A program made the translations under genes and the position numbers. The notes under the pieces were generated by a model. That model ran no database searches and was not told the DNA's origin. It saw only the letters and a program-made list of their open reading frames with translations. From Chrysomallon squamiferum (lineage: Eukaryota; Animalia; Mollusca), in assembly GCA_012295275.1 (NCBI GenBank), contig CM022666.1, positions 4,216,001 through 4,280,000 on the forward strand: 64,000 bases of DNA. Reading direction: 5' to 3'. This document shows, in pieces, positions 48,464-64,000 of the stretch; position 1 is the first letter of the stretch, and the number at the start of each line of letters is the position of its first letter.

Positions 48464-48638
48464 TATAATAAGACGAAGACGAAGAAGAAGAAGAAGAAGA
48501 AGAAGAAGAAGAAGAAGAATGATGATGATGATGACGAAGAAAAAGAAAGAAAGAAATAAAATAAAACAAAATAAAATAATATAAATAAATATAGCGAAGA
48601 CATCCGACAGTAACCGAAGACAGCCGACAAAAAAAAAG

Positions 48639-48671
<33 letters not shown>

Positions 48672-50923
48672 ACACGCGATGTTAATCAAAAATCATACCC
48701 TAAAAATAGACACACACACACACACACACATCACACACACACACATAAAAACGAATGCCGTGATAGAAAAGATAACAGCGAATACACGACAATAATCGAA
48801 AACAGACGACAACATACGAAGAATCACGATAACATTCGAAAAACGCCGATTGCAGCCGGAAAAAACAAAAAAAAAAACCCTAACAAATCGACGAAGAGGA
48901 TTTTTCTTTGTTGAAGAATTTCACAGATGCTATCTCAGCGTTTAAGTAACAGATGCCACAGCGAGGCTGTGTTTTCTCTGCAACTCTAATGCGATTTGTG
49001 AAACAACTGACAGGTTATGAATTCAGTACCGTTCTTTAAACAAACGGACAACACGGAAACGAGATTTTTTTTTGTTCTTCTCTATCTAATCTATTGACAG
49101 AGTAAACCGACTTTGCAAGCGCTTAAGAAAGAAACCTGAACCGGATTTAAAGGTCCTCGGAGACGCGAAACAAGCATTAAACGAACGAGCTCCTTAACTG
49201 GTGGCAGCAACATTGATCCGCAAGGGAAGAACGTCGAGGCCCTCGGGTTCGTGTTTATTGCTTCTCGGCGAAAGGACATTCATCATGGCGGCACCGCTTT
49301 CGCGACAACGACAGAACGAGTTACCGCAGCTGAGGAACAAGACGGCTGATTGCAAACGACAGGACGCTGCAGACGTGGTCCCCGATCACGGATCCCGTAT
49401 CCACTCCGCCGACGTTTAATCTGATTACTGCCGTGGAATCCGTCTTGAGATCTGTCGTCTGTTGCCGGGAGCTGTCGTCTGCTCTCGGCTCATGGGTAAT
49501 TAAGGCGCGCGAAAACTGGTCAGAGAGAAAACAAAGATGGCCGGTGTTGTGAAAAAACGTGTGGGGACGTACGGGACACGTTATTTTATTTTATTTATTT
49601 CTGATTATTTGTTTATTTATGGTTTGTGTTTTGAGACATCGATTTCTGGAAACTTCTCTCTCTACCGTTCGGAGCAGTATGTTGCTTTGGTTTGACGAGA
49701 GAATGAATGAATGAATTATATGAGAATGAATAAATGAATATATGGGAATGATGAATGAATAAAAGATGAATGAGGGATGAATACAAGATGAATGAGAGAG
49801 TGAAGGAAGGACGAATGACAGAATGAATGAAAAATGAATGACAGAATAAATAAAATAATAATGAGAGAATAAATGAGTGAATATCGATTTATTAACAAAT
49901 TTACAAAATTTTATAATATTAGATGTTAAAGGTATTTTTACTTATTTATTTATTTATTTATTTATTATTATTATCATATTATTATTATTATTTTCATAAT
50001 ATTAGTAACATTTAGTTTCTCGTAATATAACTGACTTAAATTATTAAAAAAATAAAAACAAACAAACAAACTAACTAACTAACTAAATAAATAAATACAC
50101 AAATAAATAAAAATAAAAATCTCAGAAGTCAATTAATAATTTAAAAGAATTAAAAATATCAACAAACAACAGTCTGTCTGTCTGTCTGTCCCACTGTTAA
50201 TAACATCTGTCCAATCCAGTGTAATTCATCAGGTCTTCCTCCAGCAATTTCATCACTTCAGTTAGTCACTTTTAATCTTTGTCGTTCTGTTTCTTTTTTC
50301 TATAAATACTGATTCTTTCGTCTATAAACGTCTTCTCACATACACAGACAGACAGACACACCCACACCCAGACGCAGAAGCACACGTGTAAAAACAAACA
50401 AGTATACACACTATCATATATCAGTTTAATGTGATACGATACAACTTACATAAAGAAAATACAGTTTTGTTCTCTCTCTCTCTCGTGTACAATAACACCA
50501 CTGTGCAGTAAAATATACATTACAGATAGGACAGTTTTTCATTTAAGTCAGGCAGATCTTGTTTTTATTGACAAATAAGTCTCATACAATCACTGCGTTA
50601 TTTCTGACACTTTCATTATGTTTTGCCATACTTATTTTCTTTCCTTTTTAAACTGTTTCTTTCTCTCTATATATTTTTCTCTTTTTTCTCTCTATCTTTC
50701 TCGTTGTCTCTCTCTAACTGTCTCTCTTTTTCTTTTTCTATCTGTCTCTGTCTATTTCTGCTTCAGTCTCTTTATCTCTGTCACTCTTTCTCTCTTGCTC
50801 TCTCTGTCTGTATCTATCTCTTCCTCCTCCTTCTTTTCTCTGTCTATCCATCTCTATCTCTGTCTCTCTGTAAATCTCACCTTCTGACCCTCTGTCTCTA
50901 TCTCTCTTCCCTCCCCCTTTCTG

Positions 50924-50957
<34 letters not shown>

Positions 50958-51009
50958 CAAAGCTCTCACCTTCTGACCCTCTGTCTCTCTCTCTCTTTCT
51001 CTCCCTCTT

Positions 51010-51103
<94 letters not shown>

Positions 51104-51418
51104 CCTCCCTCTTCCTCTATCTATCTCTCTCTTTTTATCTGTCTGTGTCTGTGTTGAATCTTTCTCTTCATTTTGACTGTACAACGTTACAACTCTGCAT
51201 TCTCTCTAACTTGTCACTCTACCAGTCTCCGTCCCTTCTCTTCAACTTTCACTTCCCTGTCCTCATCCTTTCTCAACCTCGCTCTCCACCTCCAACTCAA
51301 CCACTCAACAAAAAAAACCAAACATAAACTTACACAGCCGAGGACATTAAAAAAAAAAAAAGGGAAATTTTTTTACGATCAGTCGCTACGTCAAGCTACG
51401 TCAAGACGTAGACAAAAC

Positions 51419-51434
51419 GTAGCAGGTGGCGCTG
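51419..51434 (+). promoter_or_regulatory. CTCF-like motif
   Basis: GTAGCAGGTGGCGCTG compared with CCAGCAGGTGGCGCT-type consensus, inside a CpG-rich island. Confidence 0.5.
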
Positions 51435-51809
51435 TACGCGGAGCCGACTTCATTATTTCAGGATTAGTTCCGCATTCGGGCGTCCATCTTGAAGTGAAAA
51501 AATAGCGCATTGCGTTACGGACGCGCTGTGTGTGTCTCTTGTAGCTCAGCGGATTGTCGGTTTATGCGGTGGATCTCGCGAGTTGCCGTGATTTCACGTT
51601 TTCGCCGAGATCTGTCATGGCGGATTTAAGACGCAGCAAGAGATGGGTGGGCTGTTTCCGTTGACACTTTAGCACCAGGATCGCATAAGCCTCCATAAAC
51701 CTTCGACTGGCTGAATAGACAGATTTTCCAGCATGCCAGAAACGCATAAAAATGTCCCGGTGATAATAATAATAGTAATAACATACATCGTAACTCTTCA
51801 CATTAAATG

Positions 51810-51845
<36 letters not shown>

Positions 51846-52317
51846 TTATTTTTATTTTATTTTATTTTTTTCATTCTTTAATTTTTCAGTTTTTAATTTT
51901 AATTTATTTTTATAATTTTATGTTGTTCTTGTTTTTGTTTGTTTTGTTTTTTTAATTGCGTAAAGGTTATTCGGTTCTTTATAATTTCCGAGCATATTTT
52001 ACCTGTACTTAGTATGTAATTACATTTTAGTTTTTTTATTCTTGTTTTATTTATTTGTACCCGTGCACTGGTTGTAAAATAAATGTTAAACAATGAAAAC
52101 AAGAGTAATCCTAGGAGTATTAGTATCTATAGGACATAGTTTAGGTTCTAACTTTTATTTGAATCTCTCTCTCTCCCTGTGTATCTATCCATTTCCATAT
52201 TTATCCCTCTTTATCTTTTTTCAGATCTCTATGTTTCACTATGTCTCTATTTCAATTTCTACTTATCTATCTATCTCCAAATCTCTGTCACTCTCTATAT
52301 ATCTGTCTGTTTATCTA

Positions 52318-52381
<64 letters not shown>

Positions 52382-52404
52382 AGTGTCTTTCCATCTATCC
52401 TATC

Positions 52405-52524
<120 letters not shown>

Positions 52525-52884
52525 CCTCTCTCTCTCTCCGACTCCTCAACTTTTTATCGGTTTCAATCTTCTGGTTTTTGTTTTTGTTTTTTTCTTCACC
52601 TAATCATCATCCCGTCTTGCAAAAAAAAAAAAAAACACATCGATTATCATTTAACTACCGACAAAACTGGCAGCACTCTTCGACGACAACCTCTTCCGTT
52701 CTACCTGAATGATTCTACTTGCCGTGTTAACGTCAGGAAATTAACTCAACAAGAAAAACATCACCCCACGCGATGTTTTCGTCGCTTATCTTAATTACAC
52801 ACTGGAAACTCATTTTGGTCTACGCCAACCGCACGATTCCAACATCAATTGTTTTGTCGAAGGGTAGCCAGTCGATAAGCGAAA

Positions 52885-52927
<43 letters not shown>

Positions 52928-53053
52928 ATTATTTTTTTTATTTTTTTTTTTTTTTAAATTTCCAAATTGTTTTTGTATCGGCTTGATAAATTTGTTGTGA
53001 TTATTAAATAATTTTTTTTAGCAATTTGCTGTTGGATGAATATTTTCAGTATG

Positions 53054-53089
<36 letters not shown>

Positions 53090-53403
53090 AAAATTAAAAA
53101 AAAAGTAATAATAATAAAGAAAATTGTTTATCATACAGAAATGAAGCAGAACAGAAGAAAAAAAACAACAACAATGAAATGTTGTGATAAAATAAGTAAG
53201 CTGGAACAAATGTGAATTTGTTTGATTGTACGCGCAGTGTTTGTAGCTTTTAATAACAAAAATAAATTAAAAAAAAAAAAAAAACATGGACGCATACAGA
53301 CTTGTTAAATTTTTAAAAAATTATATTAGCTAAATTTAATTCAGAAGCAAAAAAATCTAATTTAAATAAATCTTAAGTATGTAAAATCTTGTATAGTGGT
53401 GTA

Positions 53404-53438
<35 letters not shown>

Positions 53439-54192
53439 ATGAATAATAATGATAACAGTAATAGTAATAGTAAAATTAATTTATAATAATAATAATAACA
53501 ACAGCATCATAATCATCATAATCAACAACAACAACAAAAAAAATTAATTAATAATGATATTTTAATGGTGTTTAGATAAGTTTAAAATTGAGAGTAATAT
53601 AAACACTGAAGTATCAAAATAACGAGAAATGGAAAAACGAAAAAGCAGTAAATAAATAAATGAATGAATGAAAAAAAATAAACAGAAAGATAAATAAATA
53701 AATAATTTAAACGAATACATTATTAAATAAATAAAATAAACAGATAAATAAATATTTAAATAAATAAATAAAAAAATTAAATATTTAAATAAAAAAAAAT
53801 TAAATTAAACAAAATAAATAAATAAATCAATAAAGCAAGAAATAAATAATTACAACAGAGAAATTTAATCTTTGTTGTGTTATAGTGTGTTGAAATAATT
53901 ATTTTTCAAAAATACAGTCTTAACTGTATTCTTTTTAATGTTCTATCAATACTGATTATAATCTGTCATTTTAACTTAAATATCTCTCTTCTTTAGTGAA
54001 GTACAGTATAAAGTATATTCATATCTAATTTAACTGTTGATTATATTATATTATATTATATTTTACTTTACTTTATTTTAATTTACGTTACTTCATTTTA
54101 TTTATTTATTTATTTATTAGTATAGTTATTTACATTTGATTTTATGGTTGTTGTTATTGTCATCATCATCATCATCATCATTATTATTATTA

Positions 54193-54244
<52 letters not shown>

Positions 54245-55152
54245 ACTGCAGTTTAATCCAAATTATTTAAATTTTCAAATTGTACTGAATTATATTACAT
54301 TTATCTGTCGATTTTAATTTATTAATGTGAAATTTCGGAAAATTACAGTTAGTTAAAAAGTATTTTCGTTACCGTAACAAAACAAAAAAAAAAATATATA
54401 TATCTTTCATATTAATATTTGCAGCAACAACAGCAGCAGCAAAGGGAACGATATTAACAACAGTAACAACAAAAGCAGCAATAGTAGAAATTGTAGTAGT
54501 TGTAGTAGCGGTGGTAATACTGATAGTAGTGATAGTAGTGGTAATAGTGGTGGTAGCAGTAGTAGTAGTAGTAAGAGTAGTGTTATGATAGTAGTAGTGG
54601 TAGTAGTAGTAGTGGTTGTGATTGTAGCTGTAACAGTAGCGATTGCATTAATATCAGTGGTTGTGTTTTTGGATTTTTATTTTTTTTTGAATTAGTAATA
54701 ATTTTATCTTAAAACTTTATTTTAATTGATAAAGCCTATCATGTACAAGGTACAGATATATGTTCGTTGCTTAGTTAATCAGCACGTTTCTTAGCCAAAG
54801 ATAATAAAAATAAAAATATAGCATGCAGCCAGTAATTGATTTCGAATCCATGTCCTTCGAGACATCAAGGGTTAGCAAGAGAAACTTTCCCACCATGCTG
54901 TTCTTGTGTGTTAATAACACAATTCTGTCTGTGAAAATTAAACCAAGAAAACAAACAGACGTTAAAGACGCAAACACCCGACTCAATTAAACCTAACACC
55001 CTTTTCTTCTTCTCCTTCTCCTTCTCCTTCTCCTTCTTCTTCGTAATGTTTGAAAAACAACATCAGACGCCGCGGTAACTGTTACGCATTGAAAACATAA
55101 AAGAGAAATTTTAAAAAGTCTCGGTTTCGATCACGCTTGTTAAACTGAGACC

Positions 55153-55184
<32 letters not shown>

Positions 55185-56387
55185 TTTTCTCTTATTATTT
55201 TCTGTCTCTGACCAAGACTTTCAGATTTCTTTCCTTGGTCGGGATTTCGTACAAAAGACCATCCCCCCTCCACCCCCCAGTCTAGTTGCGCGCAGCCGTA
55301 TCGGGTTTCACGATTTGCACGTTCCGTTCCCGCCTTCGATTGTCATTCTCGTGGCGTTAATACCCATCATCCTTTTTTTTTAAAACCCGGCCGCGTTGTT
55401 AAACAGTTATTTGATTGTAATTTGGCTAAACTCGCCGTATGCTCCCTGACTTTTATGGCCATTTCAATAGCGTGCTTTTTCAACAAATAACTTTCTCGCG
55501 AAATAATTGTCGCCAATTTCTGCTTCCCATGTTTCGGATATTGGAGAGAAAATCGCGCAGAGTCGAATACTGATTGATACTGACAATCAAATGTTACTTT
55601 TTTTTTTTTTTTTTTCTTTCTTTCTTTCTGATATCAAAAAAACTACTGAGATAAATTGTAAGGACGGTGGGAGAGGGGGGGAGAGGGAGAGAGAAAAAAG
55701 GTAAATAAATAAGGGCGACGTTTCTCTTTGTTCGCTTTGAGGAACTAAGTTGGTCTTTTATTTCCGGGGTAATCCAATTTCGTGAGCGCGACATTTCAAC
55801 TCGCGTTCGTCGCAGGTAATTTTCGTCTGAAGCGCGGCGGTTAACTAGAAATTCTTTCAGAGAACAAAACGGCCCGCTATTGTTTCTGACTGCTTGCTAT
55901 TTACACTGCGTTAGGCGAAGGAAATCAACTTAATTTCGTTAATGATGAGAAAATTGCGCTTCTGTTCTGAATGATTGATAGATAAGTTTTTATTTTCTAC
56001 GAACCTTTTTCTGATCGACTGACAAGATGGGGCAAAACCGAAAAGAAAAAAAAAAAAAAAAAAAAATTAAAAAAGTGGTAGGTTAAAAAAGAAAATAATA
56101 ATAATAATAATGATAATGATAATAAAAGAGAGATTAGACTGGTTGACAATGGTTTGCAAACGTCCAGCGTAAGTTTTATTTTCAGATAACGTCAATGTCA
56201 GACGACATTAGGTCGTCATTTTCCGGCAGTCACGTGCCGTTCTGGTAGCCATGACGTTTATCGGTGAATCTGTGACGATAATCCGTCCATAGAGACACGC
56301 GGTCCAGTTGTTACAAAGTGGAAATAAATAAAGTAATTAATTATTATTATTATTATTTTTAATGATAATTTATATTCTAGGAATTTC

Positions 56388-56455
<68 letters not shown>

Positions 56456-56512
56456 TAATAATGAAGTAATTTTTTTGTTTTGTTCTTTGTTTTGTATAAG
56501 TAATAATATTAA

Positions 56513-56556
<44 letters not shown>

Positions 56557-57094
56557 ATAGTAGTAATTATAACAGCAACAGCAACAGAGCCAGTAACAGT
56601 AAAATTAGTATTAGGTGTAGTAGCAGCAGTAGTTTTCGGAACTGTTGTATTAATAGCAATAATAGTCCTGGTACTACTACTAGTAGTAATAGTAATACTA
56701 ATATTGTAATAGTAGTAGCCTTAATATTAATAGTTGTAACAGCAGCAGCAGCAACAGCGATAATAGTTTAATTGTAATAATAAAAATAGATGTACTAGTT
56801 GTTGTAGTATTCTTAATAATTACGGTAGCAGAGTCTGGAATACAGTGTAAGTCATGAAAATAAAAATTCAGAATATTCAAAATATGTACATAAAAACAAA
56901 AGTCTGTCTGTCTGTCTGTCTGCCTGTGTCCAAAGCACAACTGCTGTTACTGAAAGAACCAAAATCTTTGTTACTTCAGCACAACAACTACTACTACCAC
57001 CACTTCCGTTACAACTACAAATACCATTATGCCACAACAAACATAATTAATAATAATATTTAAACAACATTCTCACAGGTTTTGTCGAATACTA

Positions 57095-57180
<86 letters not shown>

Positions 57181-57344
57181 ATAATAATAATAGCTGTTGT
57201 TATTGTTGTTTGTTCGTTATCATTTTTATTGTCGTTGTTGTCACGATTATTACCCTTATCGTTGTTGTATTTGTTATAATTATAATTATCATTGTTGTTG
57301 TTGTTGTTGTTGTTCTTCTTCTTCTTATTGTTTGTTTCTTTATA

Positions 57345-57461
<117 letters not shown>

Positions 57462-58968
57462 GTGTTATTTTTGTCATCGATCACGAAGACTTCGAGGATG
57501 TATTTTTTTTTTTTTTTTTTTTTTTTACGACGTAAGTGAAATTGTTTTTCTTAGGTTGTTTCAGCTTGTTTTGAAGTCGCTTCTTCTAAATTAAAAACTT
57601 GTCAGACGTTGTGTTGGTGCATTCCTTTCTTAATTAGCCAATCATCGTGTGCTTGGCAACGTGAATTGGAAGACGTTTCGTCAACAAAAGGAGACGTCGA
57701 AAATCACCTCATCTGATCGCCTTGATGTTTCTGCAACGATGCTGACACGAAATCGAGGACAAAAGGATCGCGAAGAGCTTGTCTATGGAAGACGGGACCC
57801 GTCTCGATGAAACCGAAGCCTCAGCAGACGAGAGATCTTAACAAAAATGTGACGAGTGTGTTTTCCAACCTGCCATCTTGTAATAAAGAGAATCGGCTCT
57901 GCCCGTACATGCTCGGAGTTCTCAGAACGAGGCTTGCTCATCAATCATGCCGATTTTTGTGATTTCTGACACAGGAGAGCGAGATTTTACACGGCAAAAC
58001 GGTGTAACGGCATTTTTTTGACAGCAGCAAAATGGGCCCGTTTTCTTGTCTCTCGGGACTGTTTGTTTCGGATCGGGTTTCCAGTCTTTGTCTTCTGGAG
58101 GGTGGGAAAGTTTAGTGAAAGTCTTGAGGACTACACCTGGTTGTTGTTTTCTGTGACATCTGAGATTTGTCAATTAACGTTTGCCAGGAATGAACCATCA
58201 GTCTGAACACGAAGGTGATGGCGACGTTATTCTATTGTTTCTTTGGTGACGTTCGTATTGTCTCCCTGATGAATTTGTACTACTGCGTCCACGATGACGT
58301 ACGTATTGGGTGTTCCTGATGACGTATGCATTGTTTCCTTGATGATGACGATGATGCATGCATTGAAAATCTGATGACATGTAATCACTGTTAGAAGAAC
58401 AGGGGGTTAAAATCGTAGCTATATAATTAAATTAAATAACAGAAGTTCTCTTAAGTGTTACTGTCCATTTTGATGGGAATCTCAGTTTATTTGGTATATA
58501 TCCAAATGACTCTGTTGTCTGGTGGTTTCTAGTCAAAAGGTTAACATGGCTCTATAAATAAATAATCTAAATATAGTTTGCATACTTCGGAATGATTGAT
58601 TTAGTTTTCCTGGCGACCAGCGTTTGCTAACAATAAAGTATAACAATACGCAAACTTGTAGAACGAACATTTTAAATTTTATCATCATCGTTGTTAATGT
58701 TGTCGTTGTTATTATTATTATTATAGTTGTTGTTGTTGTTGCTGTTGCTGTTGTTGTTGTTGTGGTGGTGGTTATGGTTCTGTTTGTGATTGTGATTGTT
58801 TTTATTTTTTTTATAGTGATTCCATCAAAAAGTATCCAGTATTTGATAGATTAAATGAGAACTATCCTGTTGTCAGGACTTGAACGCAGGAACTTCCAGT
58901 TTAAAGATATATTTGTTATTTTATTTAAATAGTGCACTACCGGGAAAGTATCAGGGAAAGGAATGAAC

Positions 58969-58970
<2 letters not shown>

Positions 58971-59057
<87 letters not shown>
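58971..59057. repeat. (TA)n microsatellite
   Basis: Pure TA run followed by (AAT)n/(AAC)n. Confidence 0.95.
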
Positions 59058-59060
<3 letters not shown>

Positions 59061-59090
59061 GTTATATATATATATAAAACAAAACAAAAA

Positions 59091-59161
<71 letters not shown>

Positions 59162-59240
59162 CAACAACAACAACAACAACAATAATAATGATGATGACGA
59201 TGATAATAATGAATGATGATGATAATAACAATAATAACAG

Positions 59241-59286
59241 AGGTTCAGAATCCTTTATCCCAAATGTTTGGGATCAGAAGTGTTTC
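59241..59286 (+). mobile_element. pogo/Tigger-family transposon terminal fragment
   Basis: AGGTTCAGAATCCTTTATCCCAAATGTTTGGGATCAGAAGTGTTTC resembles the recalled 5' end of Tigger4/MER46-type elements. TTTCGGATTTCG at ~59420 resembles their subterminal repeat. Confidence 0.45.
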
Positions 59287-59534
59287 ACGAGAACAGGATC
59301 TATTCCATTCATGTTTGATACATATATTTTTAATAATTCTGTGCATAAAATAAAGTTAAAGTATACAAAGAAATCTTAAAAACCACAAGACATTACTATT
59401 TCTGCTGCTCGGAAAAATATTTCGGATTTCGATTAGTATTAATAATACTAATCACAATAATATGGTGATGAATATGACGTAATTTATTTATGACGTAAAG
59501 TATGTCGTATAAGTAATCAAAAGTCATGTGACAT

Positions 59535-63805
<4,271 letters not shown>

Positions 63806-64000
63806 CTGCGGAGGAAGTCACAAAAAACAAAAACAAAAACAAAAACAAATAGTCAACGTGTTAAAATGTTTTTACCACTAAGTGAGAAGTATTTTCTACA
63901 TCTGTTGTGTGTGGAAATAATTAATAGTTAATAAAGAATAGTTGATAAGCGGTTTTTCTCAGTGAAACTACAAGTGATGTGAATGAACCATATACATGCA

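Noticed and set aside
57725-57961. ~78-codon open stretch on the plus strand, and other 60-110-aa ORFs in the islands
   Set aside because: No recognisable domains, no consistent splice sites or codon bias, and lengths are within chance expectation.

Overview
This is AT-rich, microsatellite-dense eukaryotic (invertebrate metazoan, probably lophotrochozoan/mollusc-like; inference) genomic DNA. It holds four spliced protein-coding genes that I reconstructed by hand from exon translations and splice phases. (1) PCID2 is on the minus strand with 14 exons visible, its 3' end off the left edge, and a U12-type AT-AC intron. (2) TRAPPC14/C7orf43 is on the plus strand (12 exons, ~586 aa), head-to-head with PCID2 across 469 bp. 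(3) An unnamed four-finger C2H2 transcription factor is on the minus strand (2 exons, ~378 aa) and has an atypical Cys-Cys finger. (4) An NR2E5/Hr83-type nuclear receptor is on the minus strand with its 5' end off the right edge; its LBD is complete but has an apparent 1-nt frameshift. The left ~20 kb (housekeeping genes) has CpG-poor introns and repeated tandem duplications of splice-acceptor/exon-start junctions. The right ~44 kb is a gene-poor landscape of CpG-rich unique islands separated by simple repeats, with CTCF-, E2F-, TALE+CCAAT-like and recurrent CCGTGCA motifs. Most ORFs in the supplied track are microsatellite artefacts. I found no rRNA, intact tRNA or CRISPR array. Family assignments rest on recalled sequences, not on searches.
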